A stretch of DNA of 63,580 nucleotides from Eubacteriales bacterium (GCA_045578045.1 JAZNJM010000081.1:1-63580), one strand, 5' to 3'. Positions 38,433 to 47,595 are shown, counted from the first letter of the stretch. A program made the numbers and translations. The notes: a model not told the origin generated them from the sequence alone.

Positions 38433-39665
38433 ATGTTATCCATATTAGGCGGAATCAATTTTTATAATATTGATAAGATTCAAAAGCTGCCTTTTGAGTC
38501 AATGCCCTCTCCTGAATACGTTTATCTAAAAATTCCTGATGGGTATTCTTTAAAAGTTAATAAAGGAACAAAAGTTTGTATTGGAGAAGCTGTCGCATCT
38601 GCTGACGGTGAATTTTGTCCGCCTATACGTTCAAGCGTTTCAGGAACTGTTGAAGAACTATCTGAAAACGTTATAACTGTTAAAAACGACTTTGAATCAA
38701 ATATTCTTGACGGTTATACCATTTCTTCTACTATTTTCGAGCTTTCTGAAAAAGATATTCAAAATCTTGCTGATTCGTTTTGTATATATGATAATTCTGT
38801 TCCCCTTTCTCAAAAACTTAACGATTCTACAGGCAAGGTTGAAAATATTATAATCAACGCCGTTGATTCAGAACCAACTGAGGGAACTGTTCGTCATATT
38901 ATTCTTGAGCATATAGACGAGCTTATTAAAGGGATTAAGATTGTAATACACGCTGTTAAAGCAAGAATGGGAATTATTGCCCTTGGTGATACTTGTGAAG
39001 ATTTATCAAAATTGATACAAAACCACGTTACAGATTCTAATCTCATTTCCACACGTATTATTGAATCAAGATATCCTTCTTCTAATTCAAAATGTTTAGT
39101 TTTTGCTCTTACAAGAAAAGAATATAGTGAAGAAAATTTTGTTGAAGAAAGCAAATGTCTTGTTTTAAAAGGGGAAACCGTTGTTAATTTATATCGTTGT
39201 ATATCTCAGGGAACCCCTTTTACTAAAAAACTTATTACAGTTTCAGGCAGAATTAATAATCCCAAAAATCTTTTAGTTTCCGTTGGAACGAAAATAGATG
39301 ATATTATTAAATATTGCGGCGGTTCAACGTCAGATAATTATATTATTTTAAAAAATGGAATAATGACAGGAACCCCAATTTTACCAGATGACGTTGTAGA
39401 ATACGACACTAATTCCATAACTCTTATTCAAAAACAAAAATACTCCACAAAAAAATGTATTCGTTGCGGAAAATGCGTTGATATTTGCCCAATGCTTCTA
39501 AAGCCTCTACTCCTTTACTCTAATATTATTTATGGCAAAGCAGAAAAAAATGAGCAATTTGGAATTAAACAATGCATAGGGTGCGGATGTTGCTCATATG
39601 TTTGCCCTTCCAAAATCCCTCTCGCTAATATTATTTTTGGTTCTGCAAATAAAACAACCTTATAG
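38433..39665 (+). CDS. RnfC-like protein with degenerate flavin/NADH-site motifs but intact 2x[4Fe-4S] motifs
   Basis: RnfC-type N-terminal barrel (SSVSGTVEEL), IINAVDSEP, CIRCGKCVDICP and CIGCGCCSYVCP. The GxGGAxFP and GGPMMG motifs are not recognisable. Start trimmed to MLSILGG after AAAGGTGA. Confidence 0.78.
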   Translation: MLSILGGINFYNIDKIQKLPFESMPSPEYVYLKIPDGYSLKVNKGTKVCIGEAVASADGEFCPPIRSSVSGTVEELSENVITVKNDFESNILDGYTISSTIFELSEKDIQNLADSFCIYDNSVPLSQKLNDSTGKVENIIINAVDSEPTEGTVRHIILEHIDELIKGIKIVIHAVKARMGIIALGDTCEDLSKLIQNHVTDSNLISTRIIESRYPSSNSKCLVFALTRKEYSEENFVEESKCLVLKGETVVNLYRCISQGTPFTKKLITVSGRINNPKNLLVSVGTKIDDIIKYCGGSTSDNYIILKNGIMTGTPILPDDVVEYDTNSITLIQKQKYSTKKCIRCGKCVDICPMLLKPLLLYSNIIYGKAEKNEQFGIKQCIGCGCCSYVCPSKIPLANIIFGSANKTTL

Positions 39666-39795
39666 TTTTATAGTTTTATAGTTTTATAGTTTTGTAGTCT
39701 TTCAGCTTTATAGTGTTATAGTGTTATAGTTTTATAGTTTTATAGCTTTATAGTTTTTTATAATTTTTATAATTTTTATAATTTTTATAGTTTTC
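39661..39795. repeat. Minisatellite with a 9-10-bp period (TATAGTTTT-type units, then TATAATTTTT x3)
   Basis: It starts on the rnfC-like stop codon and ends about 20 nt before the rnfD-like start, filling nearly the whole spacer. Confidence 0.95.
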
Positions 39796-39817
39796 TTTTT
39801 GTTTTAAAGGTGATTTT

Positions 39818-40831
39818 ATGTTTCCACACAAATTAAACAAAGATACAGTGTTTCATACGCAATCAACCATTATTATTGCATTGATACCAATTATAATATG
39901 GAGTGTTTACGTCTTTGGGACAAGAACTATTACGTTATTGTCTGTATCAGTTCTTTGCGCTATTTTAACTGATTTATTATTATCCTTTCTTTCAAAAAAT
40001 TTGTCTTATTTTTCAGTATTAAAGCCTTTGATATACGGTTTTTTATCCGCTTTAGTGCTTCCCGTTTCTGCTCCTGTTTGGGCGTTTGCTATGGGGGGAT
40101 TTATTTCATCAACAATTGGGTTTATTTCTCTTAAAGGTAGCTGTTCTGCAAATATAATAAACCCCGTTGCCGCATCGGGAATTATTCTCTACGGACTTTT
40201 TGAATCGGTTGTAAACAGATTCACAGCACCTTTTGAAACGTTTTCCTTTAACCAGCTTTCTACACATGATTGTAAGTACGTTACAACGATTTTACAATCT
40301 ATAAAAAACGGAAATGACAGTATAACCGATTCTACGTTAATTAACACTTTCTTAGGAAGAGATGCGGGAGCAATGGGTGAAATATCTGCTTTACTTATTA
40401 TTATTGGCGGATTTTTCATAATATGGAGAAAATATATTTCATATCATATACCCGTTATATTTGTGTCAACTGTCTTTCTACTTTCATTTTTCTTTCCAAA
40501 CGGAAACTGTGAGGCAATATACAGCTCTGCGGCAGAAACTCTTTCAGGCGGGGTTATTTTTGCTTCGTTTTTTGTTGCATCTCTACCTTGCAGCTCTCCT
40601 ATAACAAAAAACGGAAAAATTATTTTTGGTTTATTATGCGGTATTTTCACATTTATTCTAAGAAGATTTTTCGGAATTGTTGACGGCGCATTATTTGCAA
40701 CGGCAATTGTAAGCTGCTTTTCTCAGCTAATAGATTTTTTAACAGGAAATAAGTATTTCGCTTATATTTCAGACAAAAGAAAAGCAAACGAACCAAAGAA
40801 AACAAATTTAGAAGAATTGCTTAAGGATTAA
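39818..40831 (+). CDS. RnfD/NqrB-like polytopic membrane protein, motif-degenerate
   Basis: Family-typical FLGRDAGAMGEISALLIIIGG and LSGGVIFASFF segments are present. No (S/T)GAT FMN-attachment motif is present. Confidence 0.78.
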   Translation: MFPHKLNKDTVFHTQSTIIIALIPIIIWSVYVFGTRTITLLSVSVLCAILTDLLLSFLSKNLSYFSVLKPLIYGFLSALVLPVSAPVWAFAMGGFISSTIGFISLKGSCSANIINPVAASGIILYGLFESVVNRFTAPFETFSFNQLSTHDCKYVTTILQSIKNGNDSITDSTLINTFLGRDAGAMGEISALLIIIGGFFIIWRKYISYHIPVIFVSTVFLLSFFFPNGNCEAIYSSAAETLSGGVIFASFFVASLPCSSPITKNGKIIFGLLCGIFTFILRRFFGIVDGALFATAIVSCFSQLIDFLTGNKYFAYISDKRKANEPKKTNLEELLKD

Positions 40832-40841
40832 TATTATAAAA

Positions 40842-40870
40842 AAACTCAACTGCAAAAGCAATTGAGTTTT
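40842..40870. terminator. Stem-loop terminator between convergent genes
   Basis: ACTCAACTGC-aaaa-GCAATTGAGT (one mismatch), with an A-run before and a T-run after. Confidence 0.7.
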
Positions 40871-40886
40871 ATATTATAAAATATAC

Positions 40887-41912
40887 TTATTTCAACAAAT
40901 CAATAAATTCGTTAAGGCTTCTGACCGCTTTTCCGTCTCTCTCAACGTTTGGAGAAGACATCAACATTGAATTCAAAACAGCTTCTTCCGTTGCCTCAGC
41001 AATAGCACGGAACACAATGTTCATTTTTGATTCGTTTATCATAGACATAGATAAAACGTCATCGTTTTCATCTGATCTCATTATATTAGAAGTAGAAAAT
41101 CCTAAAAAAACTTCCCCGCTTCCGTGTCCTATAAACGAACCCGTTCTGGCAAGTCCAACGGAAGCTCTTTTCAAAACTCGTTTAAGCTGTCTTGAGCTCA
41201 TTGGTAAATCAGTTGCCATAACAACGATAACAGAACCCTTTTCTTCGTTGTTAAGACTTTCGTTCTTTATTTCTTCACCAACGCTTTTTCCACAAACAAT
41301 TAGATCCTTCAATGAACCAAAGTTCGTTTGAACAAGAACGCCTAAGGTATACCCTTTTCCAATGGGAATAAGTCTTGAAGAAGAGCCGATTCCACCTTTC
41401 AAGCCATAGCAAATCATTCCCGTCCCTGCTCCAACGTCCCCTTCTTCAAAATCAGAAGAAGCTTCGCTTATAGCCTTAAACACGTGTTCAGCCTTAACTG
41501 CTCTGTTGAAAGGTGAATTGATTCTGCCATCGTTACACTCCATAACAACGGTATTAACAGACGTTATTTCAGAAGTTGCATTTTTCAAAGTATATTCAAC
41601 CATTGCATCCATAACTATTCCAACGTTTAATGTGGAAGTCAACGCAATTGGAGCTTCAATATTTCCTAACTCTTCAACCTGTATTAATCCTGACGTTTTA
41701 CCAAATCCATTCAAAACGAATGAAGAAGCTACGGGTTTATTGTCGAACACGTTTTCATTATGTGGAATAATCACGGTTACTCCCGTTTTATTCAAATCGT
41801 TTTTAATTGTTGTTTGTCCAACGGATACGCCAGGAACGTCCGTTATTTTATTAAGTTTTCCTTTTTTCATTGAACCGATTTTTAATCCAAGTTCTTCTGC
41901 TCTTTTATACAT
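40887..41912 (-). CDS. P1/S58-family peptidase (DmpA-like aminopeptidase)
   Basis: NKITDVPGVSVGQTTI at the N-terminus and overall DmpA/BapA-like sequence. Confidence 0.78.
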   Translation of the reverse strand: MYKRAEELGLKIGSMKKGKLNKITDVPGVSVGQTTIKNDLNKTGVTVIIPHNENVFDNKPVASSFVLNGFGKTSGLIQVEELGNIEAPIALTSTLNVGIVMDAMVEYTLKNATSEITSVNTVVMECNDGRINSPFNRAVKAEHVFKAISEASSDFEEGDVGAGTGMICYGLKGGIGSSSRLIPIGKGYTLGVLVQTNFGSLKDLIVCGKSVGEEIKNESLNNEEKGSVIVVMATDLPMSSRQLKRVLKRASVGLARTGSFIGHGSGEVFLGFSTSNIMRSDENDDVLSMSMINESKMNIVFRAIAEATEEAVLNSMLMSSPNVERDGKAVRSLNEFIDLLK

Positions 41913-41918
41913 AATCTT

Positions 41919-42941
41919 TCATTTCCTTTTTATAATTTTATTTTTTAGAGAAGTTATTGTATACGCTAATTTAACTATTATCCAATTTCCGCTTTTATAC
42001 GCAGTTTTATGTATTGGATGAATACGGGAGGTTACTTTTGATAAAGAATTCTTAAATTCCTCAGAACGAAGTATTTTATTATTAGTTTTTATTTTCTTTA
42101 TACAACAAGAGCTGTTTTGTTTTCTCAACGTATTATCCAAAGCATAAACGTAACGATAAAAACGAGCGTTGTTATACTTTTTCATCTGTTCTTCGTCTGC
42201 ACCCCACGATATAAGACAGCTTTCTAATTTATCGTATATTAATTTATCAATTTCAAGAATATTCGGATAATATTTATTATCAAGAGATTCCTTGTCAGTT
42301 CTTATATAGTTATATAAAGGCTTATTTATGCACCTTATTATTTCAGAGCCACAAAATGAATAATACTCAAGACAAAAATACATATCTTCGCCTAAAGAAA
42401 TATTCTCTAAAAATCGTATATTTTCTTTTAATATAACGTTTCTTTTAAAGAGCTTATTACAAGGCGATTGAGCTAACCAAGCGGAAACTAAATCCATATA
42501 TTTTTCTAAAGGAATTACTGATTCGGTCTCTTTTTCAGAAAATATAACGTTGGAAATAAGCGTTCCCTCATAGTCTGAAACGGTCTTGAAACCACAAGCT
42601 ACCTCATTTTCAGGGTATTTATTTTTCACATTAAGCAAACGCTCAGCATAATCGCTTTCAACCCAATCATCGCTGTCTACAAAAAGGATATACTCACTGG
42701 TTGCTACATCAATTCCTTTATTTCTTGCAGAAGAAACGCCACCGTTTTGTTTATGTATAACCTTTATTCTATTATCTTTTTTTGCATATTCATCGCATAT
42801 TATACCGCTTTTATCGGGAGAACCGTCATCAACAAGTATTATCTCTATATCTCTCAACTTTTGAGAAATTAGACTTTCTATACATTTAGATATATATTTC
42901 TCAGCTTTATAAACGGGAACTATTATACTGACTTTTGTCAT
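41919..42941 (-). CDS. Glycosyltransferase family 2
   Basis: VSIIVPVYKAEKYI, DDGSPD and VDSDD motifs. Start trimmed to MTKVSII. Confidence 0.88.
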   Translation of the reverse strand: MTKVSIIVPVYKAEKYISKCIESLISQKLRDIEIILVDDGSPDKSGIICDEYAKKDNRIKVIHKQNGGVSSARNKGIDVATSEYILFVDSDDWVESDYAERLLNVKNKYPENEVACGFKTVSDYEGTLISNVIFSEKETESVIPLEKYMDLVSAWLAQSPCNKLFKRNVILKENIRFLENISLGEDMYFCLEYYSFCGSEIIRCINKPLYNYIRTDKESLDNKYYPNILEIDKLIYDKLESCLISWGADEEQMKKYNNARFYRYVYALDNTLRKQNSSCCIKKIKTNNKILRSEEFKNSLSKVTSRIHPIHKTAYKSGNWIIVKLAYTITSLKNKIIKRK

Positions 42942-42988
42942 CTTAACACCCTTAATATAAATATTAAAAACACAACTTGGAGAATAAA

Positions 42989-43555
42989 ATGAACGTATAT
43001 GATTTTGACAAAACAATAAACCTGACCGACTGTTCAACAGACTTTTTCTTTTTTTGTTTAAAAAGAAAACCATCTTTGGTTTTCAACGCTATAGGAATGT
43101 TACCACACTTCATAGGTTGGAAGGCTGGAAAAAAAAGCCTTACTCAATTTAAAGAAAAAGTTTTTTCATATCTGAAAAAAATCGAAAATGTTGATTTATA
43201 CGTTGAAGAATTTTGGGATATCAATATAAAAAAATCTCACGGATGGTATCAGAATGTTCAAAAACAAGATGATCTTGTTATTTCTGCCTCACCCGAATTT
43301 TTAATCGCTCCTGCGTGTAAAAGACTTGGGATTAAAAACTATATGGCATCAAGAGTTGACAAAAAAACGGGAAAATTTACAGGTCTTAACTGCTCAGGCG
43401 AAGAGAAAGTTAAAAGATTCAGAGAAGTATACGGAAATACAACTATTGAAAAATTTTATTCTGATTCTTATTCTGATACGCCCCTCGCACTTATTGCAAG
43501 AGAAAGCTATATGATAACAAAAGGAAAAATTTCTCCTTGGGTTTTCAAAAAATAA
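42989..43555 (+). CDS. HAD-superfamily hydrolase (HAD-IB-like)
   Basis: Motif I YDFDKT (DxDxT) and motif IV-like YSDSYSD. The ATG follows GGAGA. Confidence 0.72.
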   Translation: MNVYDFDKTINLTDCSTDFFFFCLKRKPSLVFNAIGMLPHFIGWKAGKKSLTQFKEKVFSYLKKIENVDLYVEEFWDINIKKSHGWYQNVQKQDDLVISASPEFLIAPACKRLGIKNYMASRVDKKTGKFTGLNCSGEEKVKRFREVYGNTTIEKFYSDSYSDTPLALIARESYMITKGKISPWVFKK

Positions 43556-43573
43556 TATTCAAAATCATCTTAT

Positions 43574-43600
43574 AAGCTACGGAAAAAACCGTAGCTTTTA
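43574..43600. terminator. Stem-loop terminator between convergent genes
   Basis: AAGCTACGG-aaaaaa-CCGTAGCTT followed by TT. Confidence 0.75.
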
Positions 43601-43604
43601 TTTA

Positions 43605-44465
43605 TTAATTTATTTTTGATTTATGCTTCTCAATCATACGAACAAGCTGTTCTCCAACTTTAAGCATAAAAAACGATGCATCTTTTACCATTTCGGGAGG
43701 AAACATTCTTAAAAATTTATCTGCTTCAAAGGTCAAATCACCCGTATAATCAATATCGGATAAGGCTTTAGTTATATCGTTCCAATCAAATTTTTGCGTA
43801 AAAGGAAGCTGATGAAGGTCATAAACTCCATCGCTATCCTGAATATGAAGTCCTTTCAATCTGTTATGTCCAACTTTTCGTATAAAATCAGCCGCTTCAA
43901 AACCTGCATATTCAGCGTGTCCAACGTCAACAAGAGCAACAAAATGCTCCCCTTCAGAATTTAACTTGTCAACATATTCATTTAACGTTTCGGGATCACT
44001 ACAAAGACTTCCCCTATTATTTTTAAAAACGTTTTCTATGGCAATTTTTATTCCATATTCTTTGCAGTATGGAATGAACGAAGAAAATATTTCTATATTT
44101 CGCTCAGTTTGATTATTTTCAAATGCAACGGGGTGCATTGTAATGTTTTCTATTCCTAAATATGCACCTATCTCCAAGGAACGCAAGGCGTATTTATATA
44201 CCTCTTTAGACAATTTATCATTGTTTTCTACGTAATGGGGAAAATATGAATGACCTTGAGTGAAAACTATACCACATTCGTTTGCTGTTTCCTTCACTTT
44301 TTTTACGTGAGACATATAATTTTTATTATGCAGCGGACAGCTTTCATCATTCATATAAAACATAGAATAATCTATTCCGCCGTATCCAACCTCAGATAAA
44401 AGTCTGACAGCCTCAACATCACCAATAAGCTGACCTAAATAACTTGTTTGTGTTGCGATTCTCAT
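43605..44465 (-). CDS. Sugar phosphate isomerase/epimerase (xylose-isomerase-like TIM barrel)
   Basis: AP_endonuc_2-like pattern, including IAIENV and VDVGHAEYAG. Confidence 0.78.
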   Translation of the reverse strand: MRIATQTSYLGQLIGDVEAVRLLSEVGYGGIDYSMFYMNDESCPLHNKNYMSHVKKVKETANECGIVFTQGHSYFPHYVENNDKLSKEVYKYALRSLEIGAYLGIENITMHPVAFENNQTERNIEIFSSFIPYCKEYGIKIAIENVFKNNRGSLCSDPETLNEYVDKLNSEGEHFVALVDVGHAEYAGFEAADFIRKVGHNRLKGLHIQDSDGVYDLHQLPFTQKFDWNDITKALSDIDYTGDLTFEADKFLRMFPPEMVKDASFFMLKVGEQLVRMIEKHKSKIN

Positions 44466-44642
44466 AGCGTAGTTCCTTACGTTTTAAATTAAATTATAAA
44501 CTAATATTTTTCACATATAAATTCATTCAAATTATAATTCAATTTAATTTTATCCACTCTTTTTTTCACAGTATTATTTTAATACTTAATAAACATAAAG
44601 TCAAGAGGAATAAAAAATATTATTTCAAATATTTATCTCGTT

Positions 44643-45113
44643 TTATAATAATCCTATATTATTAAAAATTTCACCATCGAGACTGTATATATCTTCAAAA
44701 TTTACAGTTAGTCCGTTTTCAAAAACAATTCTTTTTTCAAAGTCTTCAACTTTTTCAAGTTTAACAGATTCCTTTTTATATTCTCCAAGACCTGAATCTT
44801 CGGTATGTTCAAAAAAAACAATGTTTATTTTCGGTTTTAAATTCATATTTTCCTTTAGTATCTTTATTTTTCTGTTTATATCCCCTATACTTTCGTCAAA
44901 CCTTAATATACGTTCAGTTTTAATCTCTTCGGCTTTAATCAACGCCCTTTCATATCCACTCAAAGCAGAAAAAGGAGCAAACTGAGCCGCCCTCTCAGAA
45001 AGAGACATTGGCATATGATATAAAGAATAGGGGCGGTTTTCATTTATTATATCTGTATATTCATCATTACGCAAAAAATCTTTTTTCATTTTTTTATGCC
45101 TTATGACCGCCAA
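44643..45113 (-). CDS. YolD-like protein
   Basis: AAQFAPFSALSGYE motif. Located directly downstream of the Y-family polymerase gene, overlapping it by 20 nt. Confidence 0.7.
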   Translation of the reverse strand: MAVIRHKKMKKDFLRNDEYTDIINENRPYSLYHMPMSLSERAAQFAPFSALSGYERALIKAEEIKTERILRFDESIGDINRKIKILKENMNLKPKINIVFFEHTEDSGLGEYKKESVKLEKVEDFEKRIVFENGLTVNFEDIYSLDGEIFNNIGLL

Positions 45114-46614
45114 TTTGTCCGTTTCGTTCTATTGCGGTTGCACCTTTTTTATAGTTCATACCTTTCATTATAATATTCTTTCCATATTTTTTCTTTGCAT
45201 TTATAAGAGTTTTTTGCAAAGAACATTCTTTTTCAAATTCTTTTTTTTCTTTTTTATCTTCCCTCTCCATAGCTTCATAATCACAAAAAAGAGAAAGCTG
45301 TTTTGGAGATTTTTCTTTTTTTGCTTCATCTTTAGAAATAACGTGATTGGCGCAAATATTAAGCCTTCTCACTAAAAGCTCTCTGTTTGCAATTCTTTTG
45401 AAAAGTCTTACTGATTCTTCCGTTATTATTTTCGTTGAAGAAATATGTTTTTTCAGATTAACAGTTCCGTGGGAATGTTTTGGAATAAGTCTTCCATAAT
45501 TATCAAGGGTTGTATCTCCATAATATAATATTTTTTTATTACAATCAGACAAATTTGAAGAATCATACCCTATGGTTATAACAATCTGATCTGTAACTAA
45601 ATCTTTCTCAACAAGGTCAAGAACAAGCTGATCAGCCATTTCACGCATAACGAGCATTGCGTCATCATATGAATATGGTTCTTGCAAAACTTGTCCTGAG
45701 CTTATACTGTTAGAAGTTGGCTTATATGATTTTATATCAGAAATTGTGCAAGGCTCAACACCCCATGCGTGATCAATTAAAAGTTCAGCATTAACTCCGA
45801 AAAGTTTATATAGTAAATCTTCATTATATTTTTCTGTTCGTTTCCCTAAAGAACATCTTGCAACGTCTCCCATTGTATATAATCCAAAGGATTCCAATTT
45901 TGAAGAATAGCCTTTTCCAATTCTCCAAAAATCAGTTATCGGTCTATGAGACCAAAGCTCTTTTTTATATGAAGTTTCGTCAAGCTCTGCTATTCTCACT
46001 CCATCTTTATCTGCTGGCATTTTTTTCGCTGTTATATCCATTGCAACCTTTGCAAGATAAAGATTTGTTCCAATTCCCGCTGTTGCGGTTATACCTGTAT
46101 TTTTTAAAATATCTTTAATTATATTTAACGCCATTTGACGCGCATTCATTTTTGAATATTTCAAATATGACGTTAAATCTATAAAAACCTCGTCAATTGA
46201 ATAAACGTGAATATCCTCAGGAGCTATATACTTCAAATATACGTTTTTATATATTTTTGCACTGTAATCTATATAAAGAGCCATTCTCGGAGGGGCAGAA
46301 ATAAAATCAATAGAAAGAGAAGAATCTTTTTTTAATTCGTTTAAATCATAAGAAGAGCCTGAAAATCCTTTTTCAAGTTTATTTCTTCTTTCTTTATTTA
46401 TTTCACGAACCTTTTGAATTACCTCAAAAAGCCTTGCTCTTCCTGAAATTCCAAAACTTTTTAAAGAAGGGGTTACAGCAAGACAGATAGTTTTTTCTGT
46501 TCTCGCTGTATCTGCAACAACAAGATTCGTTGTTAATGGATCAAGATTTCTTTCAACACATTCAACAGAAGCATAGAAAGATTTTAAATCTATACAAAGA
46601 TACTGTTTTTTCAC
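45094..46614 (-). CDS. Y-family (UmuC/DinB/UvrX-like) translesion DNA polymerase
   Basis: IDLKSFYASVE, YSIDEVFIDLT, and a little-finger plus extended C-terminal region. Confidence 0.92.
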   Translation of the reverse strand: MKKQYLCIDLKSFYASVECVERNLDPLTTNLVVADTARTEKTICLAVTPSLKSFGISGRARLFEVIQKVREINKERRNKLEKGFSGSSYDLNELKKDSSLSIDFISAPPRMALYIDYSAKIYKNVYLKYIAPEDIHVYSIDEVFIDLTSYLKYSKMNARQMALNIIKDILKNTGITATAGIGTNLYLAKVAMDITAKKMPADKDGVRIAELDETSYKKELWSHRPITDFWRIGKGYSSKLESFGLYTMGDVARCSLGKRTEKYNEDLLYKLFGVNAELLIDHAWGVEPCTISDIKSYKPTSNSISSGQVLQEPYSYDDAMLVMREMADQLVLDLVEKDLVTDQIVITIGYDSSNLSDCNKKILYYGDTTLDNYGRLIPKHSHGTVNLKKHISSTKIITEESVRLFKRIANRELLVRRLNICANHVISKDEAKKEKSPKQLSLFCDYEAMEREDKKEKKEFEKECSLQKTLINAKKKYGKNIIMKGMNYKKGATAIERNGQIGGHKA

Positions 46615-46743
46615 GTTTTTCTCCGACTTTCATACAGATTTTATTTTTTATTTTCCAATTTTAAGATAGTTATTTATAGCCTCATATTTAAATAGATTTA
46701 ATTCTGTTTTTTTAAATTTTTAGATATCTCTTTATAGCTTTAT

Positions 46744-47349
46744 TTAAATAGATTTTATTATATGTTTAACAACTCCTTGGATATAACATTCATTTGGATA
46801 TATATTTTCCATATTCCGATTTTCAGGATGAAGTATAATTCTCCCACCGGATTCTATCCAAAGAGTTTTAAGAGTTGTTTCATTCTCAACAAGAGCAACG
46901 ACTATTTCTCCGTGAACAGCCGTATTTTGCTTTTTCACCACAACCATATCACCCTCTTCTATCCCCGCTTCTATCATAGAATCTCCGTGTGTTCTGAGAA
47001 TAAAGAAATCTCCTTTACCAAAAAGAGATTCGGGAAGAGCAACGTATTCTTCAAAATTTTCTTCCGCATATTCAGGAACACCGCAAACAATATTCCCCAA
47101 AACGGGCGCTTTATTAACGTTATAATTTATTTTAGCCATTCCTGATGTTAGTATCTCTTTTCCATCATACGATAAAATTCCTTTTTCGTTCATTTCAACT
47201 AAATATTTATATGCTGTTGAACGACCGATATTTAACGCAGAAGATATTTCTGCCATAGACGGAGAGCTTCTATGGATAAAATAGTATTCTTCAACGTATT
47301 CGATTATTTTTTTCATTATTTCAGGATTCTTTTTTCTTATTCCGCCCAT
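46744..47349 (-). CDS. lexA: LexA-type S24 repressor
   Basis: N-terminal wHTH (MAEISSALNIGRSTAYKYLVEMNEKGIL). S24 domain with GDSM (Ser) and TLKTL (Lys). The cleavage region reads GNIVCGVP. Confidence 0.88.
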   Translation of the reverse strand: MGGIRKKNPEIMKKIIEYVEEYYFIHRSSPSMAEISSALNIGRSTAYKYLVEMNEKGILSYDGKEILTSGMAKINYNVNKAPVLGNIVCGVPEYAEENFEEYVALPESLFGKGDFFILRTHGDSMIEAGIEEGDMVVVKKQNTAVHGEIVVALVENETTLKTLWIESGGRIILHPENRNMENIYPNECYIQGVVKHIIKSI

Positions 47350-47452
47350 ATCAATTCTTTCTCTGATTATATATTTAATAGTTTTATAGTATCAACTTAT
47401 TTTATTCGTTCTTTTATTTATACTAAACAGCCTTAAGCATTAAAGCACATAG

Positions 47453-47467
47453 GAAACAAAATGTTTC
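47453..47467 (-). promoter_or_regulatory. Candidate operator palindrome just downstream of the lexA -10 box
   Basis: GAAACAAAATGTTTC has 5-nt arms. It is SOS-box-like but does not have the canonical GAAC-N4-GTTC spacing. Confidence 0.35.
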
Positions 47468-47479
47468 TTTTCTAAAAGT

Positions 47480-47507
47480 ATTATACCACGTTTTTTTTAT
47501 TTGTCAA
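47480..47507 (-). promoter_or_regulatory. Sigma-A-type promoter for lexA
   Basis: On the minus strand: TTGACA (47502-47507), 16-nt spacer, TATAAT (47480-47485). Confidence 0.65.
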
Positions 47508-47547
47508 CAGGTTTTGTTAAAGAAATTTATTTTTAAAAAAGTTTACA

Positions 47548-47574
47548 TAAAAAAAGAACCGCCAAAGCGATTCT
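47548..47574 (-). terminator. Rho-independent terminator of aroA
   Basis: Minus-strand RNA AGAAUCGC-uuug-GCGGUUCU followed by U7. Confidence 0.8.
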
Positions 47575-47595
47575 TTTTAAAAAAACTATATGGTA

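Noticed and set aside
41919-43073. Long N-terminal extensions offered by the ORF track: 41919-43073, 5683-7479, 28435-29658, 57499-58680, 61054-62463, 49487-49990, 38415 and 7609.
   Set aside because: The conserved protein family begins at an internal Met preceded by a better RBS. The extensions overlap neighbouring genes or promoters. Starts were trimmed accordingly, but the exact start codons remain uncertain.
46685-46755. A 15-bp direct repeat TATTTAAATAGATTT at 46685-46699 and 46741-46755. The second copy covers the lexA stop codon.
   Set aside because: It is too short in very AT-rich DNA to distinguish from chance. It is noted only as a possible small duplication.
47540-47550. Exact match (reverse strand) to the XerD-arm-like sequence TTATGTAAACT, considered as a dif site.
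   Set aside because: The adjoining 17 nt do not form a plausible XerC arm and central region. The sequence is simply the flank of the aroA terminator hairpin and its T-run.
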